64,000 nt of DNA from Euprymna scolopes (Eukaryota), in the NCBI GenBank assembly GCA_053919585.1, contig CM132802.1. The stretch is one strand, 5' to 3'. Each line of letters begins with the position of its first letter. Position 1 is the stretch's first letter. Both the position numbers and the translations under genes were made by a program. Below are positions 12,146-26,800 of the stretch, piece after piece. The notes under the pieces are model-generated. The model did not search any database. It had not been told where the DNA came from and saw nothing but the letters and a program-made list of their open reading frames with translations.

Positions 12146-12419
12146 AGACGTAGAGATATGCCTCATCTCTGAACGAGGGATTTAAATACGACCAAAGCGA
12201 CGGGGAAAATTGCCTTCCCCTTTTTCCATCCAACATTTCCAACGACTAAGCAGTATGGTGTAAGTTAGACCTATCTTTAAACGCCCTCTTTCAGGGCCTT
12301 ACTTCTGACTTCTACTAAGTAGAACACTCAATTGGAAATTTAAATGTTTTTATTTTAATTTTATTTTATTTATTTATTTTTTCTTTAGTTCATGTCCCAT
12401 TTGTATGTATGATAGTGCA

Positions 12420-15400
12420 CGATATCTCTTGTATACATGGGAGCCTTACACTATCCCTGCGTCAGAACCACAGGTAAAATAATTCTGGGTTCGGTGCTGC
12501 CACAAAGACGAAAATATGAAAAATGTCAATTACAAATTATCCAAACCATGGGACCCAGAAGAAAGATCTGGGTGTCATGATCAGCAGGTGGTCCTTCAGT
12601 AGCCAGCATGAGGGGGCCGGTCGTCATCGTGCGAATGTTGGCCAACTTTTTAGTTTGAGAAACTCAAATAAAATGGACACTGAACAGGTCAGTACTACCT
12701 CTAATTTCAGGGAACAAAATGATACCGAAAAAACACAGCATAGCCATGATAACCATCAAAATGCAAAAAAAAAACGAAGAAAGAAATGGACAACAACAGA
12801 TAATAGACTCGTAACGGCATGCTACTATAAAAGTCATCCTAAAGATGGATATGGAGGTTATCGGAAACGAATGACAGAACTATGGGACCTACCCAGTGAC
12901 TACCATACGACAGAACAAAGAATTGCGGATCAAGCAAGACTAATACTCAAGAAAGGTTTGCTCACTAAACTAGAACTATCAGAAATTCAGCGAAAAATAA
13001 ATGATGAAACTGAACAAGACGCATCCCCCAACGAAACCGCATGTAGAAAAACCCGACAAGTTGAAGCTTCACAAGTAAAAACACCAAAGACCGAGGACCA
13101 ACAAAGAACGAAGTCTACAAACGTGGAAACCAAGAACAATGAAACAGAACTAACAGAGAATGAAGCAAATAAAATTAATGAAATAATACAGCTGATGAAT
13201 GAGGAAAAAACAAAGCTCCCATCGTTAAGGAACCAAGAGCAAAATAAATTAAAAACAGAAACAGAGAAGGTTAACAAGCTCTTCCCACACATCCCAACAA
13301 ATACAATCACAGAATAAACAACCTCATTTACGCAGGCGCCAAAATGGTAAGTATGAATCTCAAATCAGAAAAAACAACCGGGGGCAAGCGGACCGACAAA
13401 ACCTGGATAGGAGATAACACTAGAAACTCAAATACACAAACATAAAAAAGAAATCCAAATGATCCACAGGAAGAAAGCAAGGTGGGGAAAACGGAATATT
13501 AGAAATGTAACTGGAAGTGAGAGGCTAAACAAGAAACATGAAGAACTGACCCAAAACATAAAAGCAAAAGAAGCGAGATTGAGACGATATAGATATAAAT
13601 CTGAACAATGCAAACAAAACAGAACATTTGAAACTAATGATAGCCAATTCTACAAAAATGTGAACGGAGGAAAAACTAACACAGAACCAAATCCGACAGA
13701 AACAAAAGTCTACTGGAGTAATATATAGGAAGAGCGAAGAGATCACAATAGAAATGCCGAATGTCTGAAAGACATGAAAGAAGAGTTACAACAAATAGAA
13801 GAAGGAACAGCGAATGAAATCAGCAAGGAAACCCTAAAGAAAACCATAGGAAAAATGGCAAACTAGAGAGCACCAGGGCACGACGGGATACATGCATACT
13901 GGTTCAAAAAATTCACAACCTGACACGAAATACGAGCCCAAAACCTGAGAAGATGTATACAGGAAGCAGGCCTACCAGACTGGATGACAAAAGGTAGAAC
14001 CACATTGCCACAGAAGGACACGGAGAAAAGAACCGTCCCAATCAACTATAGGCAAATCACGTGCTTACCCACTATGTTGAAGATACTGACAGCACAACTG
14101 AAGGAACAGATCTACCACACCCTGAATAACCGTGGACTCATAACCGTGAAGCAGAAAGGATAATAAAAGGAAAAAGAGGAACACATGACCTGCTATATAT
14201 AGATCAAATGATCCTAAAGAGGTAAAAAGGAGGAGAAAAACTTTAGCCACGGCATAGATCAACTACAAAAAAGCGTACGACAGGACCCCCAAGCATGGAT
14301 AATAGAATGTCTAAAAATGTATAAAATACGAAGCGGGATCACAAATGTAATAGAAAACGCAATGAAAATATGGAGACTGGAATTGACAGCTGATAGACAA
14401 CACATAGCAGAAATTAACATTCAAAGAGGCATCTTCAAGTAGACTAACTATCACCACTACTGTTCATCATAGCCATAATGCCCTTGAATATTATTCTGAG
14501 AAAGTGCCAAGCAGGATACAAGTTCTCCAATACAGACGGAAAAATTAACTACCTGATGTCCGTGGACGATCTGAAATTTTTTGCAAGGACCGAAAATGAG
14601 CCAGAGACCCTAATTAACACCACCATGATCTTCACCCAAGATATCCAAATGGAATTGGAATGAAAAAGTAAGCACAACTAGTTATAAGAAAGGGAAAACT
14701 GGAAACGGCAGAAGACATGGAACTACCCAACCAAATAGAAATTAGGGCACTAGGGGAACAAGAGGACGATAAATACTTTGTAATTCTTGAAGTGGACACC
14801 ATCAGAGAAACAGAAATTGAAGAGAATAATTGGAGAGGAATACCTCAGGAGAACAAGAAAACTCCTGGAAATGAAATTATATAGCAGAAACCTAATAAAA
14901 GGTATGAATACATGGGCAGTATCACTAGTAAGATACTCTGGACCGTATATAGGGTGGGCAAAAGAAGAACTGAGGCAGCTCGACCAGAAAAAACTGAAAA
15001 CTCAATACTATGCATAATGCACTACACCCAAATGACGATATTGACAGGCTCTACGTGAAAAGGAAAGACGGCGGGAGAGGACTGATCTGTATAGAAGACT
15101 GTGTGAAGGACACGAAAAAAGAACTAGAAAAATACATAATGCAAAACACTGAAAGGATAATTATGGCAGCGAGAGACACAGAAAAAAAACAACAAAGCAG
15201 TAAACAGAGAGACAAATGACAAAACGAGAAAAGAGAAGTGAGAAGAGAAACAACTCCACGGAAGATTTATACGAAAAACAAAAGATGAGAATAACGAAAA
15301 CATCTGGACATGGATGCGGAAAGGACATAGAAACCGAGAAACTGAATCTCTTATAACTGCAGCACAAGATAACTCGATAAGAACCAACCAAAGCAAGAAT

Positions 15401-16330
15401 CGATAAAACATAAGAAAACAACAAAGGCAGACTCTGTGGACAAAGACACGAAACGATAAACCACATAGTAAGCGAATGCAGCAAACTGGCCCAAAAGGAA
15501 TACAAAAACATGCATGACCAAGTGGGGAGGGTGGCGCACTGGGAATTGTGCAAACGACTGCATTTTGAGCGTACAGACAAATGGTACAGGCATAAACCCG
15601 CAGCAGCACTCGAAAACGAGAACCACAAAATCCTATGGAACCTGGACATACAGATGGACAAACCCATCCAAGCAAGAAGGTCAGATGTCGTAATAATTTA
15701 CAAGTACAGAAAAATCCTGTCAAATCGTAGACTTTGGTGTCCCAGCTGACCACATGATGGGTATGAAAGAAAAGGAGAAACGAAGCAAATACACAGAGCT
15801 TGCCAGAGGGTAAAAAGGGATTTTGATGATGAAGAAAATCAAAATAGTACCGATAATAATAGGAGCACTAAAAACAATTCTGAAAAACTTCGAAAAAAGA
15901 ATGTCAGAAATTGAAATCAGAGGAATAGCTGCAACAGTACACCGATTAACGATAAGGAAAACGACTAAAATATTAAGTAAAACCCTTGAGTGGGGGGAAT
16001 GATACAAAAAGACAATATAACGAATAAGCGTTACAGGGAATGAAGAACACCGAAGCTGCATATCTACAAGTTCTACACCCCAATCATGCATCCACCCTTG
16101 TTTCACCACCGCTCCTCCCAATAAAAAAGTGACACCAAAGAGCTGAGAAGGGTCAAGAAGAACTGTACGGCTGAGGAGAAAGCGCCAGCCAGACCTCGGT
16201 TGGACAAGCGCAAAGAGAACTGTGGCTTTGGGGAGGCCCAATGGCCCTCAAATTTCAGTATAAACCAATGGTCGCTGCCGGCGGGAAATCAATGGTAAGC
16301 GGTTGTTGCGATGATGTCTAACCACACATC
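12420..16330 (+). mobile_element. Dong/R4-clade non-LTR retrotransposon (RT + CCHC + restriction-like endonuclease), near full-length, inactivated
   Basis: N-terminal [25 protein letters not shown] (ORF 12523-13317); RAPGHDGIHAYWFKKF; NYRQITCLPT; YLMSVDDLK (degenerate YMDD); NTWAVSLVRYS; HPNDDIDRLY..GGRGL; RLC..ETINHIVSEC; HDQVGRVAHWELCK; KILWNLDIQMD..ARRSDV. Multiple stops and frameshifts; UTR boundaries are approximate. Confidence 0.88.
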
Positions 16331-17129
16331 TTCTTGTAACAATCAAAATTCTTATAATATCAAAATAACTTCTCTAATCATTTAATTAAAAAACTTAAGT
16401 CAAACAAACCTCCTTTTCATAGAGATGGGCTATCCTAAAAAATATTAAGTATTGTACCCCAGGCTCTATGTGTTGTCTTCTCTGCACAACCAGAGCTATA
16501 ACAATTATTACTGACCGCCAATATAGCAATATAATAAACTCTAAAAACGAAATAATCAACCATTGCAAACCTAAAACTAAATTTAAATATGTCAAATTTC
16601 AAATAACATAACTCTAACATTAACCTCTTAGATATTCGATTACACAAGATTATATTTGATTTTAATGTAATTTCTGTTTTTCCTTTTTGTTAGACCGGCT
16701 TAATACCTACAGTCTCCGTTGGACTTCATGCATGCGCTTATAGTGTGTAATTTCTATCTACATATGCATTTTAACTTTTACATTTCTGAATGCGTATTTG
16801 AGAATATGTTTTATGTAGATGTACATGTGCATAAGCGTTTGTATATGCACCTTTGTTGCATTTTTTTTAATTTATGTGTTCTAGCGGAACCTGGTTGATC
16901 CTCCAACCCCATCTGTCGTTTCATCTCCTTTAAATGGTGTTAATAATCTATCACAATTTTGTAGTACCCTTCACTATCTATTAAATAGAGACATTTTCAC
17001 ATTAAACTAATAGCTCTTAACATAGAAGCAATCTGTAATTTATATATACCCGTACCATAATCTATCCTGCTAGTAATTTCCTCATTACTTGCCTAGTTTC
17101 AGTGTTTTGCATCATGTTCTTTTTGGTGT

Positions 17130-17315
17130 CATTCACAGAGTATTTTACACAAACCAGCCCGCTCCTGCCGGCTTTCATTTTCACGTAGAGTTGATCAACA
17201 TCGTCCTTTGCGTGTAGTCCATTGTGCATGGTAATGAGTTTCCTGGTCTTTAGATAAAGCAGTCTCAGTTCTACCTTAGTCCACCCTATGAACGGTCTAG
17301 ATAAGTTTACTAGTT
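17130..17315 (-). mobile_element. Short internal fragment of the Dong/R4 LINE
   Basis: Reverse complement encodes PFIGWTKVELRLL..KTRKLITMHNGLHAKDDVDQLYVK, homologous to 14925-15075. Confidence 0.8.
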
Positions 17316-18381
17316 ACAATATATTTATACCTTTTATTACGTTTTAATTGACATTTTTCTGTGGTATTTCTAGGACCATTACAACATCATTTTCTCTGGG
17401 TCATTGTGACATTACCTTCTCTGTTCAAAAGATAGCTCACTCTCAGAAAAGAATTACTGTATTTTATTACTAATTTAAAAAAAAACCGCCTCGGCAGTAA
17501 CGTAGTGACAACCCTCTACTTTTCTATTCTCCATACAATTTTTTTTCTTTTTACATATATTGAACTAAATGTTTTTCTACGTCCATTTGTAAATTATTAC
17601 ACGGAATTTGTTTTAATATCTCCCAGTAACATCTGGATACTCCAATTTTAGGAACACATTTGGATTTTTAGTTCATGGGTTGTTCCACTCTTTACCCGAA
17701 CATCCATTTTCCCCAATGCTCTCCACTTAATATTTGTACTTTTAGCTCCTTGGTAGTTTCATTAAATACATTATATAAAATCGAAAAAAAAATCGTTAAA
17801 CGTTTTGTATATACACCTTTTAAATTTTATTAGTTCATATGCTTTTCACATCGGTACAGTTGTAACAACATTAACTAAAAACAATTCTAGATGATAGCAC
17901 CTAAATACTTTTTTTACTTTTGAAATTACGACTATATAATTATTTATACTAAATATAGATAAATAAAAATATATTTTCGCGTATTTCACTATCGCGAGTC
18001 TAACATTGAAAAGGCTATACATTTGTCTGTCTCCAATTTTTCAAACTCCATCATCTCTTCTAGTTAATAACACTCAAGCACGTTTTTTTTCATTTGAAAT
18101 CACGACTCTTTAAAAGATATATGAAATCTGGACACATTAAAATATAATTTTGAAGAGTATTTAACGATCGGGTAAAAGCAGGCGCCGCCCTCCCGCTAGG
18201 GCCTCCTGTTCCTGTTCGGGAGGTTATTGTATAAACTCAATACATATATTTGTATATATGAAACATATATATATATATATATATATTATATTATATTATG
18301 TTACATTTCCTATATAGAAATATGTGTGTTGATTATGTCAAGTGAATATTAAAGATAATATCAAATGCATATATATATATG

Positions 18382-18430
<49 letters not shown>

Positions 18431-18716
18431 TGTCAATAAGAGTATGGAAAATATCACTTGAAGAATAAATATTTTGCGGAAAATCAGAATTTAAAAAAAA
18501 AATCATTAGATTTTATGAAAGATACCAAGCTGTCCTAACCCCATATTTTCGTTTATACTTAAAGTTTAAGAGAATGTTCAGCTATTATTTACGTATATTT
18601 ATAATGTACGTATCATATACATCCATATGTAAGTACAGATGTATCGATTCGTTATAATGGCAACGCTGGAAAATTGATGTATTTAATATGAGTAAGCCTG
18701 TCCGAAAAATTGTCAT

Positions 18717-19569
18717 GCACGGTGGAACGATAAAATCATTGCCATAATCAAGACGACATAATTCTATTTGCGTTGATCACAACCGGTTTACTTTTTTATT
18801 GTAGCATACCATCTACTTGTTGGTGAGTTATGTACAAATTCCGAGAGCGATAAGAGCGTTTTATCATATCTGAAAGTGACACAATGTTTAATGAGTTAGT
18901 TCGGAGATACGCTTCTGTACAACTCATTCTTTCTATCGATCTATGTTATTACAACAGGAACATTGCCAGCACTCTCAATATGAAAATCTAAACTGCTCAA
19001 CGCTTGAGGATATAGCTTAAGTTTCCGCCAATGGTTATAATCTTTTGTGGGGTTTCAAATGAGGGGCACACTATGCCACCTGACATCTTCGAAATCGGCT
19101 TGATAGTCAACACCAAAGTATACTTGGATGTGCAATCAGTTGACCGCTTGGCCGCTGGCAGATCCTGGGTATGACAGCAAGCATTGGCGCCATCCCACAA
19201 ATCAAAAGACCCACACTTGGCTTGAGAAGGAGTACTACGACTTTGTAGTCTTATTTCACTAGTCCTCTCTTCCTCCAATGTGACCAAGCTGGACTTGTAT
19301 CATACATCGAGAACATCACCAACATGGCCTTCGAAACCACCAAAGCCAGCCTGATGGTCATTATCCGCTGAGTATTCGCCGAGCTTCCACCAGTGTCTAT
19401 AGAACAGTCATGCTTTCAGTTACAGACCCGTATAAAGTCGGGTATTGACGCGGCTACATTAAATAGATGTCAGCTCTACTACATAATCAAGTTATCTGAA
19501 TTGATTTTTTTCAATAACATTTAAGAATAAACTGTAGTTTAGGGCGGTAAATTTACCGTTCATCCTTGG
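18717..19569 (+). mobile_element. Old, internally deleted Tc1/mariner element (maT/DD37D-like)
   Basis: 19018-19390 translates to KFPPMVIIFCGVSNEGHTMPPDIFEIGLIVNTKVYLDV..AAGRSWV*QQALAPSHKS, like TKFPA.VMVFG.VSSEG.VMPPHIF..QQD.AP.H. Eroded TIRs at 18717-18746 and 19540-19569 match at about 20 of 30 positions. Confidence 0.7.
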
Positions 19570-19929
19570 AAAAAAATACCCTAGCTGTTTGTTACGATTT
19601 CAACTGTAAGACGACAAATCAGGACCAAATTTGTTTAGCAATATGAACTGAAAACGATACTGTGTTGGCTATTTGTACATATGGTAATAGGAATGCTGTT
19701 TTTTGAATGATTTAGACATCAAGAAGCTTGGGAAGGTGAGAAATAGTGCTGCTAGCGTATAATTGAAATTTATTCCTAACATAATTGAGCAGTCACAATA
19801 AAACACCTGACAACATTTTGCAAGTATAACATACTTTTCAGTGTGTTTTATTGTTTCAGATTGTTTTCACATAAGCTGTTGACATATGTCTTTCAGACCC
19901 AATGCGGAAGGAATTCACATCAACACAAA

Positions 19930-19951
19930 GTGATTTTACATAATAGTATAC

Positions 19952-19996
<45 letters not shown>

Positions 19997-20113
19997 TGCG
20001 GGTGTGTATGTGTGTGTGTGTGTGTGTAAACCAGCTGGATTAAAGGCCATACCGTACACTTGTGTAGCACGCAGAACATATTTCCTTTCTCAAAATTTTG
20101 ACAAGCACATCTA
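19930..20113 (+). repeat. Left arm of the inverted pair bracketing the satellite (includes a (TG)n tract)
   Basis: Reverse-complement similar to 47034-47228; about 13 mismatches in a 79-bp non-microsatellite core by manual alignment. Confidence 0.85.
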
Positions 20114-20441
20114 TAGAACTTATGGATGCTTATTTTACACAGGCTGGATTAAGATTTAGTATGCACGTTCGGAAAGACACAGAAAATTACAGGAGTGTGC
20201 ATAATCCTCGTGTATTATATAGAAAATAAGTCAATATATTAATGCATACGCCTAAAGATACGTGTATAATATTAGTCATAAGTAAATATAACCCAGCTGA
20301 ACTGTTATGCTAATACATTTAAATCAACGTAATGATTTTCGTTGTATAATAAAATAAACACATGTCCAATGCTTATAAAAATCACTTTCAATTCTTTGTC
20401 AAATCGTCTTTAGGTGGCAAAGCATAAATGACTAAATTACA

Positions 20442-20442
<1 letters not shown>

Positions 20443-20519
<77 letters not shown>
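20443..20519. repeat. (AAT)n microsatellite
   Basis: About 25 perfect AAT units. Confidence 0.97.
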
Positions 20520-20847
20520 GCAAAAGAAGAAGAGGAAAGAAAAAGGCAAATATCGAATAGCTAATATTTCTATTTAGTTTGTGTAACTAGTAATACAACC
20601 GCAATATATGTGGCTACTTTCTTAATTTCTACGTTTTTAATTTCATAAGTTATTACGTTAAAATATACCAGCCTTTGACACAGAGACTATAACATTGTAC
20701 CAGCCTGTGATGAAAAATAAATAAATTTACATACAAAAAAAATTAGACTTGATATAAAAATAGGAGCATAAACATTATTTTATAATAACAGGAAAAATAT
20801 ATTTCGTGAGGCAGTCGAATAAAAGCAAAAAGAAAAAAATTGGCAAA

Positions 20848-23800
20848 GCAGGCAAACAATGTATATTCTTCAATTAGTAAGGCAGGCAAACAATGTATAT
20901 TCTTCAATTTTTAAGGTAGGCAAACAATGTATATGCTTCAATTTTTAAGGTATGCAAACAATGTATATTCTTTAATTTTTAAGGAAGGAAAACAATGTAT
21001 ATTCTTTAATGTTTAAGGTATGCAAACAATGTATATGCTTCAATTTTTAAGGTAGGCAAACAATGTATATTCTTTAATTTTTAAGGTAGGTCAACATTGT
21101 ATATGCTTCAATTTTAAGGTAGGTAAACAATGTATATTCTTTAATTTTTAAGGTATGAAAACAATGTATATTATTCCATTTTAAAGGTAGGTAAACAATG
21201 TATATTCGTCAATTTTAAAGGTATGCAAACAATGTATATGTTTCATTTTTAAGGTAGGCAAACAATGTATATTCTTTAATTTTAAAGGTAGTTAAACTAT
21301 ATATATTCTTTTATTTTTAAGGTAGGCAAACAATGTATATTCTTAAATTTTTACCTCAGGCAAACAATGCATATGCTTCAATTTTTAAGGAAGGTAAACA
21401 ATGTATATTCTTTAATTTTTAAGGTAGGTACACAATGTATATTCTTCAATTTTTAGGTTGGCAAACAATGTATATGCTTCAATTTTAAAGGTAGGTAAAC
21501 AATGTATATTCTTCAATTTTTAAGGTATGCAAACAATGTATATTATTCAATTTTTAAGGTAGGTAAACAATGTATATTCTTTAATTTTTAAGGTATGAAA
21601 ACAATGTATATTATTCAATTGTTAAGGTAGGTAAACAATGTATATTCTTTCATTTTTAAGGTATGCAAAAAATGTATATGCTTCAATTCTGAAGTTAGGC
21701 AAGAAATGTATATTCTGCAATTTTTAAGGTACGAAGACAATGTATATTTTTCAATTTTTAAGGTAGGAAAACAATGTATATTCTTCAATTCTGAAGGTAC
21801 ACAAACAATTTATATTCTTCAATTTTTATGGAAAGCAAACAATGTATACACTTCAATTTTTATGGTAGGCAGACAATGTATATTCCAAGGTAGGCAAACA
21901 ATGTATATTATTCAATTTTTAAGGAAGGCCAATAACGTATATTTTTATATCTTAAAGGTAGAAAATAATGTATATTCTGACAATTTTTAAAGTAGGCAAA
22001 AATGTATATTCTTCAAATTTAAAGGAAGGAAAACAATGTATATTCTTAAATTTCCAAGGAAGACACACAATGTATATTCTTCAATTTTAATGGTATGCAC
22101 ACTATGTATATTCTTCAATTCTTAACGAAGGCAAACAATGTATATTCTTCCATTTTTAAGGTATGCAAACAATGTATATTCTGCAATTTTAAAGGAAGGA
22201 AAACAATGTATATTCTTCAATGATTAATGTAGGGAAAGAATGTATATTCTCCAATTCTTTACGTAAGCAAACTATGTATATTCTTCAATTTTTAAGGTAG
22301 GCTAACAATGCATATTCTGCAATTTTTAAGGTAGGAAAACTATGTATATTCTTCAATTTTTAATGTAGGCAAACAATGTATATTCTGCAATTTTTAATGT
22401 AGGCAAACAATGTATATTCTTCAATATTTAAGGAAGGCAAACAATGTATATTGGTCAATTTTTATGGTAGGCAAATAATGTATATTCTGCAATTTTTAAG
22501 GAAGGCCAACTATGTATTCCAAGGTAGGCCAACGATGTATATTCTTCCATTTTTAAGGTAGGAAAACAAAGTATATTCTTTAATTTTTAAGGTAGGCAAA
22601 CTATGTATATTCTTCAATTTTTAACGTAGGCAAACAATGTATATTCTGCAATTTTTATGGTAGGCAAACAATGTATATTGGTCAATTTTTATGGTAGGCA
22701 AATAATGTATATTCTGCAATTTTTAAGGTAGGCCAACTATGTATTCCAAGGTAGGCCAACGATGTATATTCTTCCATTTTTAAGGTAGGAAAACAAAGTA
22801 TATTCTTTAATTTTTAAGGTAGGCAAACTATGTATATTCTGCAATTTTTAAGGTAGGCAAACAATGTATATTCTGCAATTTTTATGAAAGGCAAACTATG
22901 TATTCCAAAGTAGGCTAACGATGTATATTCTTCAATTTTTAAGGTAGGAAAAAAAAGTATATTCTTCGATTTTCAAGGTAGGCAAACAATGTATATTCTT
23001 CATTTTTTAAGGTAGGCAAAAATGTATATTCTGCAATTTTTATGGTAGGCAAACAATGTATATTCTTTCATTTTTAAGGTGGGCAAACAATGTAGATTCT
23101 GCAATTTTTAAGGTAGCAAACTGTGTATATGCTTCAATTTTTATGGTAGGCAAACAATGTATATTCTGCAATTTTTGAGGTAGGCAAACTATGTATATTC
23201 TGCAATTTTTGCGGTAAGAAAACAATGTATATTCTTCAATTTTTTTACAAGAAAAACAATGTACATTCTGCAATTTTTAGGTAGGCAAACTATGTATATT
23301 CTTCAATTCTTATGGTAGGCAAACAATGTGTATTCTTCAATTTTAAAGGTAGGCAAGCAATGTATACCAAGGTAGGTAAACAATGTATAATCTTCAATTT
23401 TCAAGGTAGGCAAAAACTGTATATGCTGCAATTTTTAAGGTAGGCAAACTATGTATATTCTTCAATTCTTAAGGTAGGCAAACAATGTATATTCTTCAAT
23501 TTTTAAGGTAGGCAAACTATGTATATTCTTCAATTTTTATGGTAAGCAAACTATGTATATTCTTCAATTCTTAAGGTAGGCAAACAATGTGTCCTCTTCA
23601 ATTCTTAAGGTAGGCAAACAATGTATATTCTTCAATTCTTAAGGTAGGCAAACAATGTATATTCTTCAATTTTGAAGGTAGGCAAACTATGTATATTCGT
23701 CAATTTTTATGGTAGGCAAACAATGTATATTCTTCAATGGTTAAGGTAGGCAAACTATGTATATTCTTCACTTCTAAAGGTAGGCAAACAATGTATATTC

Positions 23801-26800
23801 TGCAATTTTTATAGTAGGCAAACTATGTATTCCAAGGTAGGCAAACAATGTATATTCTGCAATTTTTAAGGAAATCAAACAATGTACATTCTTCAATTTT
23901 TAAGGAAGGCAAACAATGTATATTCTGCAATTTTTAAGGTAGGCAAACTATGTATATTCTTCAATTTTTAAGGTATGCAAACAATGTATATTCTGTAATT
24001 TTGAAGGTCAGCAAACTATGTATATTCTTCAATTTTTAAGGTGGGCAAACTATGTATATTCTGCAATTTCGAGGTAGGTAAACAATGTATATTCTTTAAA
24101 TGTTTAAGGTAGACAAACTATGTATATTCTTCAATTTTTTAGGTAGGCAAACAATGTATCTTCTGCAATTTTTTGGCAGGCAAACTATGCATACCTAGGT
24201 AGGGTAAAAATGCATAATCTTCCATTTTTAAGGTAGGCAAAAAATGTATATTCTGCAATTTTTAAGGTAGACAAACTATGTATATTCTTCAATTTTTAAG
24301 GTAGGCAAACTATGTATATTCTTTCATTTTGAAGATTGGCCAACAATGTATATTCTTCAATTTGGAAGGTAGGCAAACAATGTATATTCTGCAATTTTTA
24401 TGGTATGTAAACAATGTATTCAAAGGTAGGCAAACAATGTACATTCCAAGGAAGGCCAACAATGTATATTCTGCAATTTTTAAGATAGGCAAACAATGTT
24501 AAGGAAGGAAATAAATTTTTAAGATAGGCAAATCTTCTTAAGGTATGCAATAAATGAATATTCTAATGTAGGCAAACAATGTATATTTATTCAATTCGTA
24601 AAGAACACCAACAATGTATAATCTCTAATTATGCATGCAATTATAAAACAATGTATATGCTGCAATTTTAATGGTGCAAACAATGTATATGCTTAAATTT
24701 TTGTGGTAAGCAAACAATGTATATTCCAAGGTAGGCAAACAATGAAGGAAACAAGGAAGGAAACAATGTATATTCTTCCATTTTTAAGGAAGGCAAACAA
24801 TGTACATTCTTCAATTTTTCAGGTAGGCTTACAATGTATATTCTTCAATGTTTAAGGTAGGCAAACAATGTATATTCTGAAATTTTTAATGTAGGCAAAC
24901 AATGTATATTATGCAATTTTTAAGGAAGGCAAACAATGTACATTCTTCAATTTTTCAGGTAGGCTTACAATGTATATTCTTCAATGTTTAAGGTAGGCAA
25001 ACAATGTATATTCTGAAATTTTTAATGTAGGCAAACAATGTATATTCTTCAATTTTTAAGGAAGGCAAACAATGTACATTCTTCAATTTTTCAGGTAGGC
25101 TTACAATGTATATTCTTCAATTTTTAAGGTAGGAAAACAATGTATATTCTGCAATTTTTATGGTAGTCAAATAATGTATATTCTGCAATTTTTTAGGTAG
25201 GCCAACTATGTATGCCAAGGTAGGCAAACGATGTATATTCTTCCATTTTTAAGGTAAGAAAACAAAGTATATTCTTCAATTTTTAAGGTAGAAAAACTAT
25301 GTTTATGCTGCAATTTTTAAGGTAGGAAAACAATGTATATTTTCCATTTTTCATGCAGGACAACAATGTATATTCTGCAATTTTTAATGTAGGCAAACAA
25401 TGTATATTCTTTCAATATTTAAGGAAGGCAAACAATGTATATTCTTCAATTTTTAATGTAGGCAAACAATGTATATTCTTCAATTTTCAATGTAGGCACA
25501 CAATGTATATTCTTTAATTTTTATTGTAGGCCAATAATGTATATTCTGCAATATTTAAGGTAGGCCAACTATGTATTCCAAGGTAGGCAAACGATGTATT
25601 TTCTTCCATATTTTAGGTAGGAAAACAAACTATATTCTTCAATTTTCAAGGTAGGCATACTATGTATATTTTTCAATGTTTAAGGTAGGCAAACCATGTA
25701 TATTCTTCAATTCTTATGGTAGGCAACCTATGTATTCCAAAGTAGGATAACGATGTATATTCTTCAATTTTGCAGGTAGGAAAACAAAGTATATTCTTCG
25801 ATTTTTAAGGTAGTCAAACAATGTATATTCTTCAATTTTTCAGGTAGGCTTACAATGTATATGCTGCAATTGTGATGGTAGGCAAACAATGTATATACTT
25901 TCATTTTCAAGGTGGGCAAACAATGTATATACTGCAATTTTTAAGGTAGCAACCTATGTATATGCTGCAATTTTTAAGGTAGGCAAACAATGTATATTCT
26001 GCAATTTTTGAGGTAGGCAAACTATGTATATTCTGCAATTTTAAAGGTAGGAAAACAATGTATAATCTTCAATCTTTAAGCTAGGAACACAATCTATATT
26101 CTGCAATTTTTATGGTAGGAAAACTATGTATATTCTTCAATTCTTAAGGTAGGCAAACAATGTATATTCTTCAATTTTTAAGGTAGGTAAACAATGTATA
26201 CCAAGGTAGGTAAACACTGCATAATCTTCCATTTTTAAGGTAGGCAAAAAATGTATATGCTGAAATTTTTAAGGTAGGCAAACAATGTATATTCTTCAAT
26301 TTTTAAGGTAAGTAAACTATGTATTTTCTTCAATTTTTATGGTAAGCAAACACTGTATATTCTGCAATTCTTAAGGTAGGCAAACAATGTATACTCTTCA
26401 ATTCGAAAGTTAGGCAAACAATGTATATTCTTCAATTCTTAAGGTAGGCAAACAATGTATATTCTTGAATTTTGAAGGTAGGCAAACTATGTATATTCTT
26501 CAATTCTTAAGGTAGGCAAACTATGTATATTCTTCAATTCAAAAGGTAGGCAAACAATGTATATTCCTCAATTTTTATGGTAGGCAAACAATTTATATTC
26601 TGCAATTTTTATGGTAGGCAAACTATGTATTCCAAGGTAGGCAAACAATGTGTATTCTTTAATTTTTAAGGAAGGCAAACAATGTACATTCTTCAATATT
26701 TAAGGTAGGCAAGCAATGTATATTCTGCCATTGTTAAGGTAGGAAAACTATGTATATTCTTCAATTTTTAAGGTAGGCAAACAATGTATATTCTGCAATT

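Noticed and set aside
12420-12520. HDV-like ribozyme at the 5' end of the Dong/R4 LINE
   Set aside because: I could not build the P1/P2/P3/P1.1 nested pseudoknot by eye.
12987-16241. Minus-strand ORFs up to 209 aa here, and + strand ORFs at 55190-58729
   Set aside because: These are antisense shadows of the A-rich Dong/R4 coding strand, giving F/L/V/S-rich sequence without recognisable domains.
18176-18226. Small GC-rich hairpin CCTCCCG..CGGGAGG as a structured RNA
   Set aside because: Only a 7-bp stem and no recognisable RNA family motif.
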